From an uncultured delta proteobacterium (GTDB lineage: Bacteria > Desulfobacterota > Binatia > Binatales > Binataceae), in the NCBI GenBank assembly GCA_963756155.1, contig CAVWMQ010000001.1, forward strand, positions 423,592 through 487,591: DNA of 64,000 nucleotides. The letters run 5' to 3'. The notes beneath the pieces were generated by a model. The model did no database searches. It was not told where the DNA came from and saw only the letters and a list, made by a program, of their open reading frames with translations. Made by a program: the position numbers and the translations under genes. Positions 36,928 to 51,426 of this stretch are shown piece after piece. Position 1 is the stretch's first letter; each line of letters starts with the position of its first letter.

Positions 36928-37266
36928 GGCCACCGCTGGCTGCGCTCCGGGCGCCGCAACCCGGCGCAGCGGCGGCACCCTGCCCTACTGTTAGGTATAA
37001 ATACTAACTTTACAGTTTGAGACCGGTCGGGTGCCTGCTCGTTGTGCAACGTCGGCGAGCATTGCGCACAGAGCTAACTAAAACGCCTCTAGGCTAAAGT
37101 TATGAAACTTAGGCTGCCGCGCCATGGTACCGCGACTTCGCCTGTTTTTCAGGCATCACGCACCCTGGAATCAACGTCGATCGTGCAGCCGTCCTCTGGA
37201 AGTTCGGCGGCGGCAGACCTAATTCAAATAAAATACTGTTTGAAGTATATTTTTCCTTACTTTCAT

Positions 37267-37295
37267 TTGACACATCTACCATTTGTCGTTATCTT
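37267..37295 (+). promoter_or_regulatory. Sigma70-like promoter upstream of lrp: TTGACA-N17-TATCTT
   Basis: Consensus -35 hexamer, 17-nt spacer and a near-consensus -10 hexamer. About 28 nt upstream of the lrp ATG, inside an AT-rich leader. Confidence 0.5.
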
Positions 37296-37322
37296 CATCG
37301 AACCCGACACGAGGTTAGCCTT

Positions 37323-37879
37323 ATGAAGTTCGGCGCTGACTCTCCGGATCTTGACGCCATCGACTTGCAGATTCTAGCCACCCTGCAAGAGCACGGCCGC
37401 ATCCCGCTGGTAAAGCTCGGCGAGCAGGTCGGGCTCAGCGCGCCGTCAGTGAACGAGCGCGTGAAGAAACTCGAAGATAGCGGCATCGTCACAGGCTACC
37501 ACGCGTCCGTCGACGCGCGCAGGCTCGGCAAGGACGTCGCCGCGTTCATCGGCGTTTCGATCGCGCATCCCAAGACCATTCCGCTTTTCGAGGAGACCAT
37601 CGAGCTGCTCGAAGAAGTCCTTGAGTGTCATCACGTGACCGGCCAGCACACCCTTTTGCTGAAAGTGAAAACCGACAACACCTCGTCGCTGGAGCGGCTG
37701 ATCAGTTCCATCCGCTCGATCGAGGGGGTGGCGCGGACTGAGACGATGGTGGTGCTGTCGACGCTGACTGAGCGCGAACAGATCGCGGTGCGTGCCAACG
37801 GCGAGTCGCACGAGGCCGGCAACGGCCGCCGTCATCGCCACGCGCCCACGCGCAACGCGCTCCCTGACACCAAGCGAGT

Positions 37880-37883
<4 letters not shown>
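37323..37883 (+). CDS. lrp: Lrp/AsnC-family transcriptional regulator with a C-terminal extension
   Basis: HTH segment LDAIDLQILATLQEHGRIPLVKLGEQVGLSAPSVNERVKKLEDSGIV plus a RAM domain. Stop overlaps the gltB start. Confidence 0.8.
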
Positions 37884-42564
<4,681 letters not shown>

Positions 42565-42651
42565 ACGAGCCGATGAGAACCGGCGTCGACTTGGCGATGA
42601 CGAAAATTCGCGAAACCACAAAAACCAGGACGGTCAGACGAGCGCACCGCG

Positions 42652-44097
42652 ATGGGTAAGATCACGGGCTTCATGGAGATCGGGCGGGAGACGCCGGAGC
42701 GGCGGCCCGTGAGCGAGCGCCTCAAGGACTGGCGCGAGTTCGATCTCAAGCTGCCCGAGGAGAAGCTCAGGGCGCAGGGCGCGCGATGCATGGATTGCGG
42801 GATCCCCTTCTGCCACAAGGGATGCCCGCTCGGGAACATCATCCCCGACTGGAACGATCTGATTTACCGGGGGCGCTGGCACGAGGCGATCGATCGCCTG
42901 CACTCGACCAACAACTTTCCCGAGTTCACCGGCCGCATCTGTCCGGCGCCGTGCGAAGAGTCCTGCGTCCTCAACATCAACAACGATCCGGTCACGATCA
43001 AACTGATCGAAAAGAACATCATCGATCACGCCTGGGGCGAGGGCTGGATCACGCCGCAGCCAAGCCCGCGTCCGAGCGGCAAGCGCGTCGCGGTGGTGGG
43101 ATCGGGGCCCGCAGGACTCGCATGCGCGCAGCAGCTCGCGCGCGCCGGTCACGCGGTCACGCTTTACGAGCGCTCCGATCGTCCCGGCGGTCTGCTCACT
43201 TACGGGATTCCCGATTTCAAGCTGGAAAAGTGGATGGTCAACCGGCGCGTCGAGCAGATGCAAGCCGAGGGCGTCGAGTTCGTCACCAATTGCCGCGTCG
43301 GCTTCGACGTGCACGGCGACGAGATGCGCAAAAAGTTCGACGCGATCTGCCTGACCATGGGCGCGACCAAGCCGCGCGACCTGCCGATCCCCGGACGCGA
43401 CCTCAAGGGCATCCACTTCGCGATGGAATTTCTGCCGCAGCAGAACAAGCGCAACTTCGGCGACACGCTCGATCCGAAACTCGAGCTCAGCGCGAACGGG
43501 AAGCGCGTCGTCATCCTGGGCGGCGGCGACACCGGCTCGGACTGCCTCGGCACGTCGAACCGGCAGGGCGCTCTCAGCGTGCATCAGTTCGAATTGCTCC
43601 CGATGCCGCCGGAGCGGCGCACCGCGGAGATGCCGTGGCCGGAGTGGCCGATGATCCTGCGCACCTCGAGCTCGCACGAAGAGGGCGTCGAGCGCGACTG
43701 GAGCATCAACACCATGAAGTTCAGCGGCGAAAACGGCGTGGTGAAAAAGCTCCACGGCGCGCGCCTGCAATGGAAGCGCGACAACGGGCGGATGGTGATG
43801 GAGGACATTCCCGGCACCGAGTTCGAGCTGAACTGCGACCTGGTGCTTCTCGCGCTCGGCTTCCTGGGGCCGGAGCCGGAAGGGATCGTCACGGAGCTGG
43901 GGCTCAAGCTCGACCCGCGAAGCAACATCCTCACCGAAAACTACATGGCGTCGGTTCCGGGCGTGTTCGCCGCAGGCGACTCGCGCCGCGGGCAATCGCT
44001 GGTGGTGTGGGCGATTTGGGAGGGCCGCGAGTGCGCCCGCGCCGTCGATGCGTACCTGATGGGCGCGACCTTCCTGCCCAGCAGTCCCGAAATCTAG
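42652..44097 (+). CDS. gltD: Glutamate synthase small subunit GltD (NADPH-dependent)
   Basis: N-terminal Fe-S Cys clusters ([26 protein letters not shown]) and FAD/NAD Rossmann motif [14 protein letters not shown]. Confidence 0.9.
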   Translation: MGKITGFMEIGRETPERRPVSERLKDWREFDLKLPEEKLRAQGARCMDCGIPFCHKGCPLGNIIPDWNDLIYRGRWHEAIDRLHSTNNFPEFTGRICPAPCEESCVLNINNDPVTIKLIEKNIIDHAWGEGWITPQPSPRPSGKRVAVVGSGPAGLACAQQLARAGHAVTLYERSDRPGGLLTYGIPDFKLEKWMVNRRVEQMQAEGVEFVTNCRVGFDVHGDEMRKKFDAICLTMGATKPRDLPIPGRDLKGIHFAMEFLPQQNKRNFGDTLDPKLELSANGKRVVILGGGDTGSDCLGTSNRQGALSVHQFELLPMPPERRTAEMPWPEWPMILRTSSSHEEGVERDWSINTMKFSGENGVVKKLHGARLQWKRDNGRMVMEDIPGTEFELNCDLVLLALGFLGPEPEGIVTELGLKLDPRSNILTENYMASVPGVFAAGDSRRGQSLVVWAIWEGRECARAVDAYLMGATFLPSSPEI

Positions 44098-44149
44098 CTC
44101 GCGCGCCTCTCGCGCCGCGCGCGCCTCGCACGCGCAGAAAAGGACGCAT

Positions 44150-44758
44150 CATGATTCGCCTGTACGACTACCTGCCGTCCGGAAATGGCTACAAAGTCCG
44201 ATTGCTGCTGACGCAGCTCGAAGTGCCGTTCGAGCGAATCGAGCTGGACATCAATCGCGGCGAGACGCGCACGCCCCGAGTTCATCGCGAAATTTCCCAA
44301 CGGCAGAATTCCCGCGGTGCTGTTTGAAGACGATCGCCGGCTCTTTGAGTCCAACGCGATCATGTTTTATTTCGCCGAAGGCACGCCGATGCTCTCGGAT
44401 CACAAGTTCGAGCGCGCGCGCACGATGCAGTGGCTGTTCTTCGAGCAATACAGTCACGAGCCGTACATCGCCGTCGCGCGCTTTCTCAAGATGTATCCGC
44501 AGCTGGCTGACGATCGGCGCGCCGGGATGGACGAGGATCCAGAAGCTCGGGCGCGACGCGCTGGCGGTGATGGAAGGCCACCTGGCCGAGCGCGAATGGT
44601 TCGTTGGCGGGCGATATTCGATCGCGGATATCGCGCTGTATGCCTATACCCACGTTGCGGGCGAGGGCGGCTACGATCTGGCGCCGTATCCGGCGATCCG
44701 CGCGTGGCTCCAGCGGGTCAAGCAGCAGCCGCGACACATTCCGATCACCAAGGGATAG
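44150..44758 (+). pseudogene. Glutathione S-transferase with two frameshifts
   Basis: MIRLYDYLPSGNGYKVRLLL…GETRTP then out of frame at a CCCC run (44274-44277). Resumes EFIAKFPNGRIPAVLFEDDRRLFESNAIMFY… and shifts again near 44527. The C-terminal domain …EREWFVGGRYSIADIALYAY… is in a third frame. Confidence 0.6.
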
Positions 44759-44814
44759 CCACCGACCGCTCCTGGAGCCATCGTGGGGCTCTCGCGCCGC
44801 GCAAATCGACGTTG

Positions 44815-45417
44815 CTAGCGGCGCAGATCGAGCGCGTCGAGCTTTTTGACTACCCAGTCGATTCGATCTTCGCCCCAGAATGGCTCGCCGTCCACGACGA
44901 AGGTCGGGACGCCGAAGATCCGGTCGCGATCGGCTTCGACGAAACATGCGTCGAGGTCGGCGGGCGCGCCGCTGTCGACGTAGCGCTCGAAGTCCGCGCG
45001 GTCTAGTCCGACTTCCGCGACCACGGCTCCGATCGCGTCGCGAACGTCGACTTCGAGCTCGCGCTTCCAGAATCGTTCGAACACCCGCGCGGAGTACTCG
45101 CGAAACTGGCCCTGCTGGTCCGCGTAGAGGCCGCCATAAAAGGCGAGCCGCGCGCTGTAAATCTTTTTCGGCGGATGAATCACGACCCCGCGCTCTTTCG
45201 CGATGCGCCGCGCGTCGACATACAGGTAGCGGACCTTGCGCTGATCCGCCTCCGCGCGATCGACGTCGCCGTAAACCTTGCGGATATTGATTCCGTACGG
45301 GATGAACCTGACGCGCACGCGATGGGACTGTTCGAGCGCACACGTCGGCGCGAAAGCCAGGTACGAGTACGGGCTGGTGTACGCGAAGTAGAGCTTGATT
45401 TCGAATGGCGCGGTCAT
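44815..45417 (-). CDS. DsbA-like thioredoxin-fold protein (2-hydroxychromene-2-carboxylate isomerase / GST-kappa family)
   Basis: MTAPFEIKLYFAYTSPYSYLAF…GVPTFVVDGEPFWGEDRIDW pattern. ATG overlaps the glcF stop (ATGA). The listed 552-aa ORF is a read-through artefact. Confidence 0.65.
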   Translation of the reverse strand: MTAPFEIKLYFAYTSPYSYLAFAPTCALEQSHRVRVRFIPYGINIRKVYGDVDRAEADQRKVRYLYVDARRIAKERGVVIHPPKKIYSARLAFYGGLYADQQGQFREYSARVFERFWKRELEVDVRDAIGAVVAEVGLDRADFERYVDSGAPADLDACFVEADRDRIFGVPTFVVDGEPFWGEDRIDWVVKKLDALDLRR

Positions 45418-46697
45418 TGGCGTGATGCGAGCGCGAGGAAATCGGCGAGATGGATCACGCGGGTCTTGGCTCCGGCGCGGCGCAGCTCGGCCGCGATTTG
45501 AAATTCGCATCCGGGATTTGCGAGCACGACGTAGTCGGCGCCGGTCGCGCGAATGTTGTCGGCCTTGCGCTTGGCGAGCTCGCGCGACATCGCGGGCTCG
45601 GTCAGGTTGTAGCTGCCCGCCGAGCCGCAGCAAACGTCGGACTCCGCCATCTCGACGATTTTCACGCCCGGAATCGAGGCGAGCAGCTTGCGCGGCGCCT
45701 CGCGGACGCCGAGGCCGTGCACGAGGTGACACGCGTCGTGGTAAGTGACGGTGCAGTGGAATTCTCTGGCGGCGGTCGGGGGCCGCGCGAGGAGCATCGA
45801 GCTGAGATCTTTGACGCGCGCGGAAATCGCGCGCGCGTCTGCGGCCAGCTCGGAATCGTTTTTGAGCAACTCGCCGTATTCCGCGATTGCAACCGAGCAT
45901 CCGGAGGCCGCCGACAGGATCGCGTCGGCGCCACACGCCTTGAGCGCGCGGACGTTGGCGCGCGCGAATTCCAGCGCGCGGTTTCGATTGCCCGCGTGCA
46001 GGTCGAGCGCCCCGCAGCAGACGGTGCTGCCGAGATGCAGCACGCGGTAGCCGGACGCGGCCAGCGCGCGCTCCATGTTCAGGTTTTCCTCGTCGGCCAG
46101 CACCTGCGCGACGCATCCGTGATGCACCACGACGGTGGGCGCGCCGGCGGCGGGCTGCGCGCGCGGCGTTTCGATTTGCGCGTTGGCTCCGGCGGTGAGC
46201 GGCGGCAGCAGCTCGAGCCAGCCGCGCAACGCCGGCGGCATAATTCGCGTGACAAAGGGGCGCAGGCCAGCGCGCTCGAGTAGCCGGATCGGAGCAAGCA
46301 GCGCGCGCATCCGGTTCGGATAGGGAAAGATCGAGCTGACGGCGAAGCGGCGCAGGCGATCGCCGAGCGCGCGGCGATGCTCGCGCTCGACAAACGCGCG
46401 AGCGTCCTCGATCAGCCGTCCGTAGTGAACGCCGGAGGGACACGCGGTCTCGCATCCGCGGCATCCGAGGCACAAGTCGAGATGGCGCACGGCATCCTGA
46501 TCGAGATCAAGTCTTCCCTCGGCGAGCGCCTTCATCAGGTAGATCCGTCCGCGCGGCGAATCCATCTCGGCTCGCGTCAGCATGTAAGTCGGGCACGCCT
46601 CGAGGCACAGGCCGCAATGCACGCAGTCGAACAGGAGATTGTAGTCGACGACGTTGCGAACCGGCTGGGCGGGAGCGGCGGGTGCTTCGGGCGGCAT
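45414..46697 (-). CDS. glcF: Glycolate oxidase iron-sulfur subunit GlcF
   Basis: Two 4Fe-4S motifs (CVHCGLCLEACP, CLGCRGCETACP) followed by two CCG cysteine-rich domains. ATG at 46697 overlaps the glcE stop (TGATG) and is preceded by GGAGG. Confidence 0.8.
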   Translation of the reverse strand: MPPEAPAAPAQPVRNVVDYNLLFDCVHCGLCLEACPTYMLTRAEMDSPRGRIYLMKALAEGRLDLDQDAVRHLDLCLGCRGCETACPSGVHYGRLIEDARAFVEREHRRALGDRLRRFAVSSIFPYPNRMRALLAPIRLLERAGLRPFVTRIMPPALRGWLELLPPLTAGANAQIETPRAQPAAGAPTVVVHHGCVAQVLADEENLNMERALAASGYRVLHLGSTVCCGALDLHAGNRNRALEFARANVRALKACGADAILSAASGCSVAIAEYGELLKNDSELAADARAISARVKDLSSMLLARPPTAAREFHCTVTYHDACHLVHGLGVREAPRKLLASIPGVKIVEMAESDVCCGSAGSYNLTEPAMSRELAKRKADNIRATGADYVVLANPGCEFQIAAELRRAGAKTRVIHLADFLALASRQ

Positions 46698-47959
46698 CAG
46701 ATTCCTCCGACGAAGCATCCGGGGTTGAAGATGTTAGCCGGGTCGAACGCGGCCTTCATGCGCCGCATCAGCTTGAGCGCTCCGTCGCCCGGCTGATCGA
46801 AGAACTCGATCGAATCGCGCAGCTCCGGCGCGGCGGCGAGAACCCGCACGTGACCGCGCGCGGCATGAGCGACCGCGCGCCATCGCGCGAGCATTTCGCG
46901 TGCTTCATCGTGGGCTAGCTGGGGTGCGAAAATCTCCGCTACGCCCGAACCGGCGTGGGCGGCGAATTCGACGCCGCAGGCTTCCAGAGCAGCTCCCAGC
47001 TCCGCCGGCAGAACGGCGATGCGGGCGGCGAGCGCGGCTTCGGGGAGATCCAAGTCGCGAAGCCGCACATAGGCGGCTTCGCCCGCATCGGAAGGGAGGA
47101 AGTCGACTTCGGTCGCTGCAATCGTGGTGAGCTTTTCGATCTGATAGTCGAGCTCGCGGCGGTTTCCGTAGAAGCCCGCGATCAGCAGGAATTTTCCGGA
47201 GCGCTGGAACTCGCCCGCGAGCGCAGGACTCAGCACTTCGAGATGGGCGAGCGGGAGCTCGTCGTGGAGCGCGCGCGCGGCGGCAAACGCGTCGCCGATG
47301 CGATCGTAGGGCGCGATCGCGACGGAGTAATGCTCCAGGAGCGGGCGCACTTTGAAAGTCGTCTCGACGATAATCCCGAGCGTCCCGAACGAGCCGCCCA
47401 TCACCTTCATCAGATCGTAGCCGGCGACGTTTTTGACCACGCGGCCGCCGCCGTGCACCAGCTTTCCGCCGTGGCCGGCGAAGCGGATTCCGATCAAAAG
47501 ATCGCGCGCGCTACCGTCGGAGTGACGCATCGGTCCCGCGTGCGCGGCGGCCACCAGAGCGCCGAGAGTGGTCGCCTCGGGATCGCGCGGATCGGCGGTA
47601 AGCCGCTGCCCCGAATGCGACAGCACGCGGTTCAATTCCGCGACGGTCAGACCCGCCTCCGCGACCACCGTCATATCGTCGGGCTCGTAGGCGACGACGC
47701 GCCCGAGGCGCGCGAGCGAGACGCCGACCGCAACAGGAGTGCGGCGAATCTGCGCGAGAGTGCGAGCCGCGCCGATCGGCGCGAGTGCGATGCGGTCGGC
47801 TTCGCACGCGCGCACGATCTCGGCGGCTTCTTCGACGCTGGCGGGCTCGACGATCGCATTCGCGACGCGGGCTTCGAGTCCCCGCGGCGCTCGCACGCGA
47901 TCGGCGCCCAGCAACTCCGCAACGCGGTCCGCGTGATTCGATTCGACGGCTTGGGTCAC
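46697..47959 (-). CDS. glcE: Glycolate oxidase FAD-binding subunit GlcE
   Basis: FAD-binding PCMH-type domain (…VAYEPDDMTVVAEAGLTVAELN…KNVAGYDLMKVMGGSFGTLGII…). Likely GTG start at 47959, 24 nt after the glcD stop. The listed 926-aa ORF is a read-through of out-of-frame glcD sequence. Confidence 0.7.
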   Translation of the reverse strand: MTQAVESNHADRVAELLGADRVRAPRGLEARVANAIVEPASVEEAAEIVRACEADRIALAPIGAARTLAQIRRTPVAVGVSLARLGRVVAYEPDDMTVVAEAGLTVAELNRVLSHSGQRLTADPRDPEATTLGALVAAAHAGPMRHSDGSARDLLIGIRFAGHGGKLVHGGGRVVKNVAGYDLMKVMGGSFGTLGIIVETTFKVRPLLEHYSVAIAPYDRIGDAFAAARALHDELPLAHLEVLSPALAGEFQRSGKFLLIAGFYGNRRELDYQIEKLTTIAATEVDFLPSDAGEAAYVRLRDLDLPEAALAARIAVLPAELGAALEACGVEFAAHAGSGVAEIFAPQLAHDEAREMLARWRAVAHAARGHVRVLAAAPELRDSIEFFDQPGDGALKLMRRMKAAFDPANIFNPGCFVGGI

Positions 47960-47982
47960 GATGCGAACTGCCGGGGCCGCTC

Positions 47983-49440
47983 TCAGAGCGGGACCTGGCG
48001 GCGCGGCGCGGCGACCTCGACGCACGCGCCGGGAGTTGGAATGACCTTGTTGGGGTTGGAACGATTCATCGGATCGAACACGCGGCGCAGCTCGGCCATC
48101 GCGATGAGATCGCCGGGGGAGAACAACAGCGGCATCTCGGCAATCTTCTCGACGCCGATTCCGTGCTCGCCGGTGAGGCTGCCGCCCATCTCGACGCAGG
48201 CCTTCAGGATTTCGCGGCCGGCTTCGATCGCGCGGCGCACCTGGCCGGGCTCGCGCTCGTCGTAAAGAATTATCGGATGGATGTTGCCGTCGCCGGCGTG
48301 AAAGACGTTGCCGATCCTGAGATCGTAGCGGCGGCTCACGTCGCTGATCACGCGCATGATTTGCGGCAGACGGGTGCGCGGCACCACGCCGTCCTGGGTC
48401 GCGTAATTGGGTGCGAGGCGGCCGACGGCTCCGAAAGCGCGTTTGCGCGCCTTCCAGAGCGCGGCGCGTTCGGCTTCGTCGCGCGCGAGTTTCACTTCGG
48501 TCGCGCCGTCGTTGCGCAAGAGTTCCATTACCGCGGCGGCGCGATCGGAAAGCCCGGCCGCGAGACCGTCGAGCTCGACCAGCAGCACCGCGCCGGCGTC
48601 GGGCGGAAGGCCCACGTGAAAGGCGGCTTCGACGGCGCGAATGATGAGCTGGTCCATCATCTCGATCGCGCCGGGGACGATTCCCGCGGCGATGATCGCG
48701 GACACGGCGCGCGTCGCGGAGTCGACGTCGGGGAAGATCGCGAGAATAGTGGCGCGGCTCTCGGGCTCGCGCAGCAGCTTGAGCGTCGCACGCGTGACGA
48801 TTCCGGTGGTGCCTTCGGAGCCGACGACGGCGCCGGCCAGATCGTAACCGCATCGCTCTTCGCAGGCGCCGCCGAGCTCGACGACTTCGCCGTCGGGGAG
48901 CACCAACTCCACGCCCAGCACGTGATTGGTGGTGACGCCGTATTTCAAGGTGTGCGGGCCGCCGGAGTTTTCCGCGATGTTGCCGCCGATGGTGCAGGCC
49001 TGCTGCGAAGACGGATCGGGCGCGTAGAAGCAGCCACGATCGCGGACCGCGTTGGTCACGTGGAGATTGACGACGCCGCTTTCGACTTCGACGCGGCGGC
49101 TGGCGACGTCGATCGAGACGATGCGGTTCATCCGCGAGGTGCAGATCATCACGGGCGCATCGAGCGGGAGCGAACCGCCGGAGAGGCCGGTGCCCGCGCC
49201 GCGCGGAACGAACGCGACGCCGCGACGATGGAGCGCGCGCAGGATCGCGCTGGTCTCGGCGGTCGTGCGCGGCATCAGCAGAACGTCGGGCGCGCTCTTC
49301 TCGATCGTCCAGCCGTCGCACTCGTAGACCTTGAGCTCGCTCGCGCGCGAGACGATGCCGTCTGCACCGACGATTTCGGAGAGCTCGGCGACGAGGGATC
49401 GATCGATGGGGCTCGTTTGCGCGCCGTCGTTCACGTCCAA
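47983..49440 (-). CDS. glcD: Glycolate oxidase subunit GlcD (FAD-linked oxidase)
   Basis: FAD-binding domain RGAGTGLSGG and C-terminal FAD-linked oxidase domain (…GNVFHAGDGNIHP…GEHGIG…). Confidence 0.85.
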   Translation of the reverse strand: MDVNDGAQTSPIDRSLVAELSEIVGADGIVSRASELKVYECDGWTIEKSAPDVLLMPRTTAETSAILRALHRRGVAFVPRGAGTGLSGGSLPLDAPVMICTSRMNRIVSIDVASRRVEVESGVVNLHVTNAVRDRGCFYAPDPSSQQACTIGGNIAENSGGPHTLKYGVTTNHVLGVELVLPDGEVVELGGACEERCGYDLAGAVVGSEGTTGIVTRATLKLLREPESRATILAIFPDVDSATRAVSAIIAAGIVPGAIEMMDQLIIRAVEAAFHVGLPPDAGAVLLVELDGLAAGLSDRAAAVMELLRNDGATEVKLARDEAERAALWKARKRAFGAVGRLAPNYATQDGVVPRTRLPQIMRVISDVSRRYDLRIGNVFHAGDGNIHPIILYDEREPGQVRRAIEAGREILKACVEMGGSLTGEHGIGVEKIAEMPLLFSPGDLIAMAELRRVFDPMNRSNPNKVIPTPGACVEVAAPRRQVPL

Positions 49441-49573
49441 ACCTTAGCACAGGCGCCCGTGTTAGCGGTTTTGCCAATCTTCAGTTGCGGGTCATAATAG
49501 CGGGGCTCGAAATCAGCCCGGAGTTTCTTGAGTCGCGATTCGAGTCGCGGCGCGCAGGACAAGGGGAACAAAC

Positions 49574-50795
49574 TTGGCAGACACATATCCGGAACTCAGG
49601 CCCGCGGCGCGCGTGCTGCTCGGCCCCGGCCCGTCGAACGTGCATCCGCGCGTGATGAAGGCGATGCTGTCGCCTGTGGTGGGACATCTCGATCCCGATT
49701 TTCTCAAGGTGATGGAGGACATCAAGCGGCTGCTGCGCACGGTGTTCCGCACCGAAGAACGAGATCACGTTTCCGATCTCGGGGACCGGGTCGGCGGGAA
49801 TGGAAGCGGCGATGGCCAACCTGATCGAGGACGGCGATGAGATCGTGGTGGGCGTCGCGGGCGCGTTCGGCGGGCGGCTGGCGGAGGTCGGCGAGCGGCT
49901 CGGCGCGAAAGTGCATCGCGTCGACGCGGAGTGGGGGCGGATCGTCGAGCCCGCGAAGATCGCGGCGGCGATCAAGATCGCGAAGCGGCCGAAGCTGGTC
50001 GCGCTGGTGCACGCGGAGACGTCGACGGGGATGCATCAGCCGATCGAGGAAATTTCGGCGCTCGCGCATCGCGCCGGCGCGCTGATGGTGATGGACGCGG
50101 TGACGTCGCTCGGATGCGTGCCGGTCGAGATCGATCAGTGGCAGATCGACTGCTGCTACAGCTGCACGCAGAAGGGAATCGGCGCGCCGCCGGGGCTCGC
50201 GCCGGTGACGTTCAGCGCGCGCGCGATGGACGCGGTGCACAAGCGCAAGACGAAATGCCGCTCATGGTATTTCGACGTTGCGCTGATCGAGCACTACTGG
50301 GGGCCGGATCGCGTCTATCATCATACGGCGCCGATCACGATGAACTACGCGCTGTACGAGGCGCTGCGAATCGTCGTCGAGGAAGGCCTCGAAGCGCGAT
50401 GGCGGCGGCACGTCGCGAACGCGAGCGCGCTGGTGGCCGGGCTTTCCGCGATGGGGCTCGAGCTCGCGGCCGAGGAGGAGCATCGTCTGCCGCAACTGAC
50501 GGCGGTGCGGGTGCCGTCGGGCGTCGATGAAGCGGGGCTGCGCGCGGAGTTGCTGCGGCTGTTCAACATCGAGGTGGGCGCGGGCCTCGGACCGTTCAAG
50601 GGCAAGGTGCTGCGCATCGGGCTGATGGGCGAAGGATCGCGGCGCGAGAACGTGATGCTGATCCTGAACGCGCTCGAGGAGATCCTCGGCTCGATGGGGC
50701 TGGAGATCGTGCGCGGGCGGGCGCTGAGCGCGGCCGACGACGCATACGTCGCGCAGGGTCTGGGAGCGGGCGCGCCGCCGCCGGGCAGCGACTGA
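49574..50795 (+). pseudogene. Serine/alanine-glyoxylate aminotransferase (class-V aminotransferase) with a +1 frameshift near 49757
   Basis: N-terminal ORF …[17 protein letters not shown]…RTVFRTE| then out of frame. Downstream ORF resumes …[13 protein letters not shown]…SCTQKGIGAPPGLAP… (the PLP-Lys region). In-frame sequence would be accgaaaacgag; observed is accgaaGaacgag. Divergent from glcD. Confidence 0.75.
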
Positions 50796-50811
50796 GTCGA
50801 GGAAGCGGCGC

Positions 50812-51420
50812 ATGAAGATGTACGACTTCACGCTCGCGCCGAGTCCGCGCCGGGTGCGGATTTTCCTGGAGGAGAAGGGCGTCAGCGTCGCGCTGGAGCA
50901 GGTCGACCTCATGCGCAACGCGAATCGCACGCCGGCGTTCTACCGCATGAATCCGCTCGGCTCGCTGCCGATCCTCGAGCTTGACGACGGAACTTATCTC
51001 AGCGAGAGCGTCGCGATCTGCAGGTACTTCGAGGGCTTGCATCCTGAGCCGCCGCTGTTCGGCACGAGCGCGCTCGAGCAGGCGCGCATCGAGATGTGGA
51101 ACCGGCGCGTCGAGCTGGGGATTTTCGCGCCGGTCGGCCACGTCTGGTCGCATCTGAGCAAGGTGTCGGAGGGACGCGGGCGCAGGATTCCGGAGTTCGG
51201 ACGCATCGAGCGCGACGCGGCGATCGGAAGTCTCGCGATGCTCGACACGGCGTTGGGGGATAGCGACTTCGTCGCCGGCGCGCGCTTCTCGATCGCCGAC
51301 ATCACCACGCTGTGCATGGTCGATTTCGCGAGGACCGTCGCGATCGAAATTCAGCCGGCGCAGACGAACCTGTCGCGATGGTACGCGCAGGTCGCATCGC
51401 GCCCAAGCGCAAAGGCGTGA
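50812..51420 (+). CDS. Glutathione S-transferase (intact)
   Basis: Thioredoxin-fold N-domain (MKMYDFTLAPSPRRVRIFLEEKGV…LPILELDDGTYLSESVAICRY) plus a helical C-domain. Confidence 0.8.
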   Translation: MKMYDFTLAPSPRRVRIFLEEKGVSVALEQVDLMRNANRTPAFYRMNPLGSLPILELDDGTYLSESVAICRYFEGLHPEPPLFGTSALEQARIEMWNRRVELGIFAPVGHVWSHLSKVSEGRGRRIPEFGRIERDAAIGSLAMLDTALGDSDFVAGARFSIADITTLCMVDFARTVAIEIQPAQTNLSRWYAQVASRPSAKA

Positions 51421-51426
51421 CTCGAG

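Noticed and set aside
46697-49477. 926-aa ORF suggesting a giant GlcE fusion, and 552-aa ORF 44815..46473.
   Set aside because: The N-terminal parts are out-of-frame read-through of the glcD and glcF coding regions in stop-poor GC-rich sequence. The real genes are glcE (about 47959..46697) and the DsbA-like gene (45417..44815).
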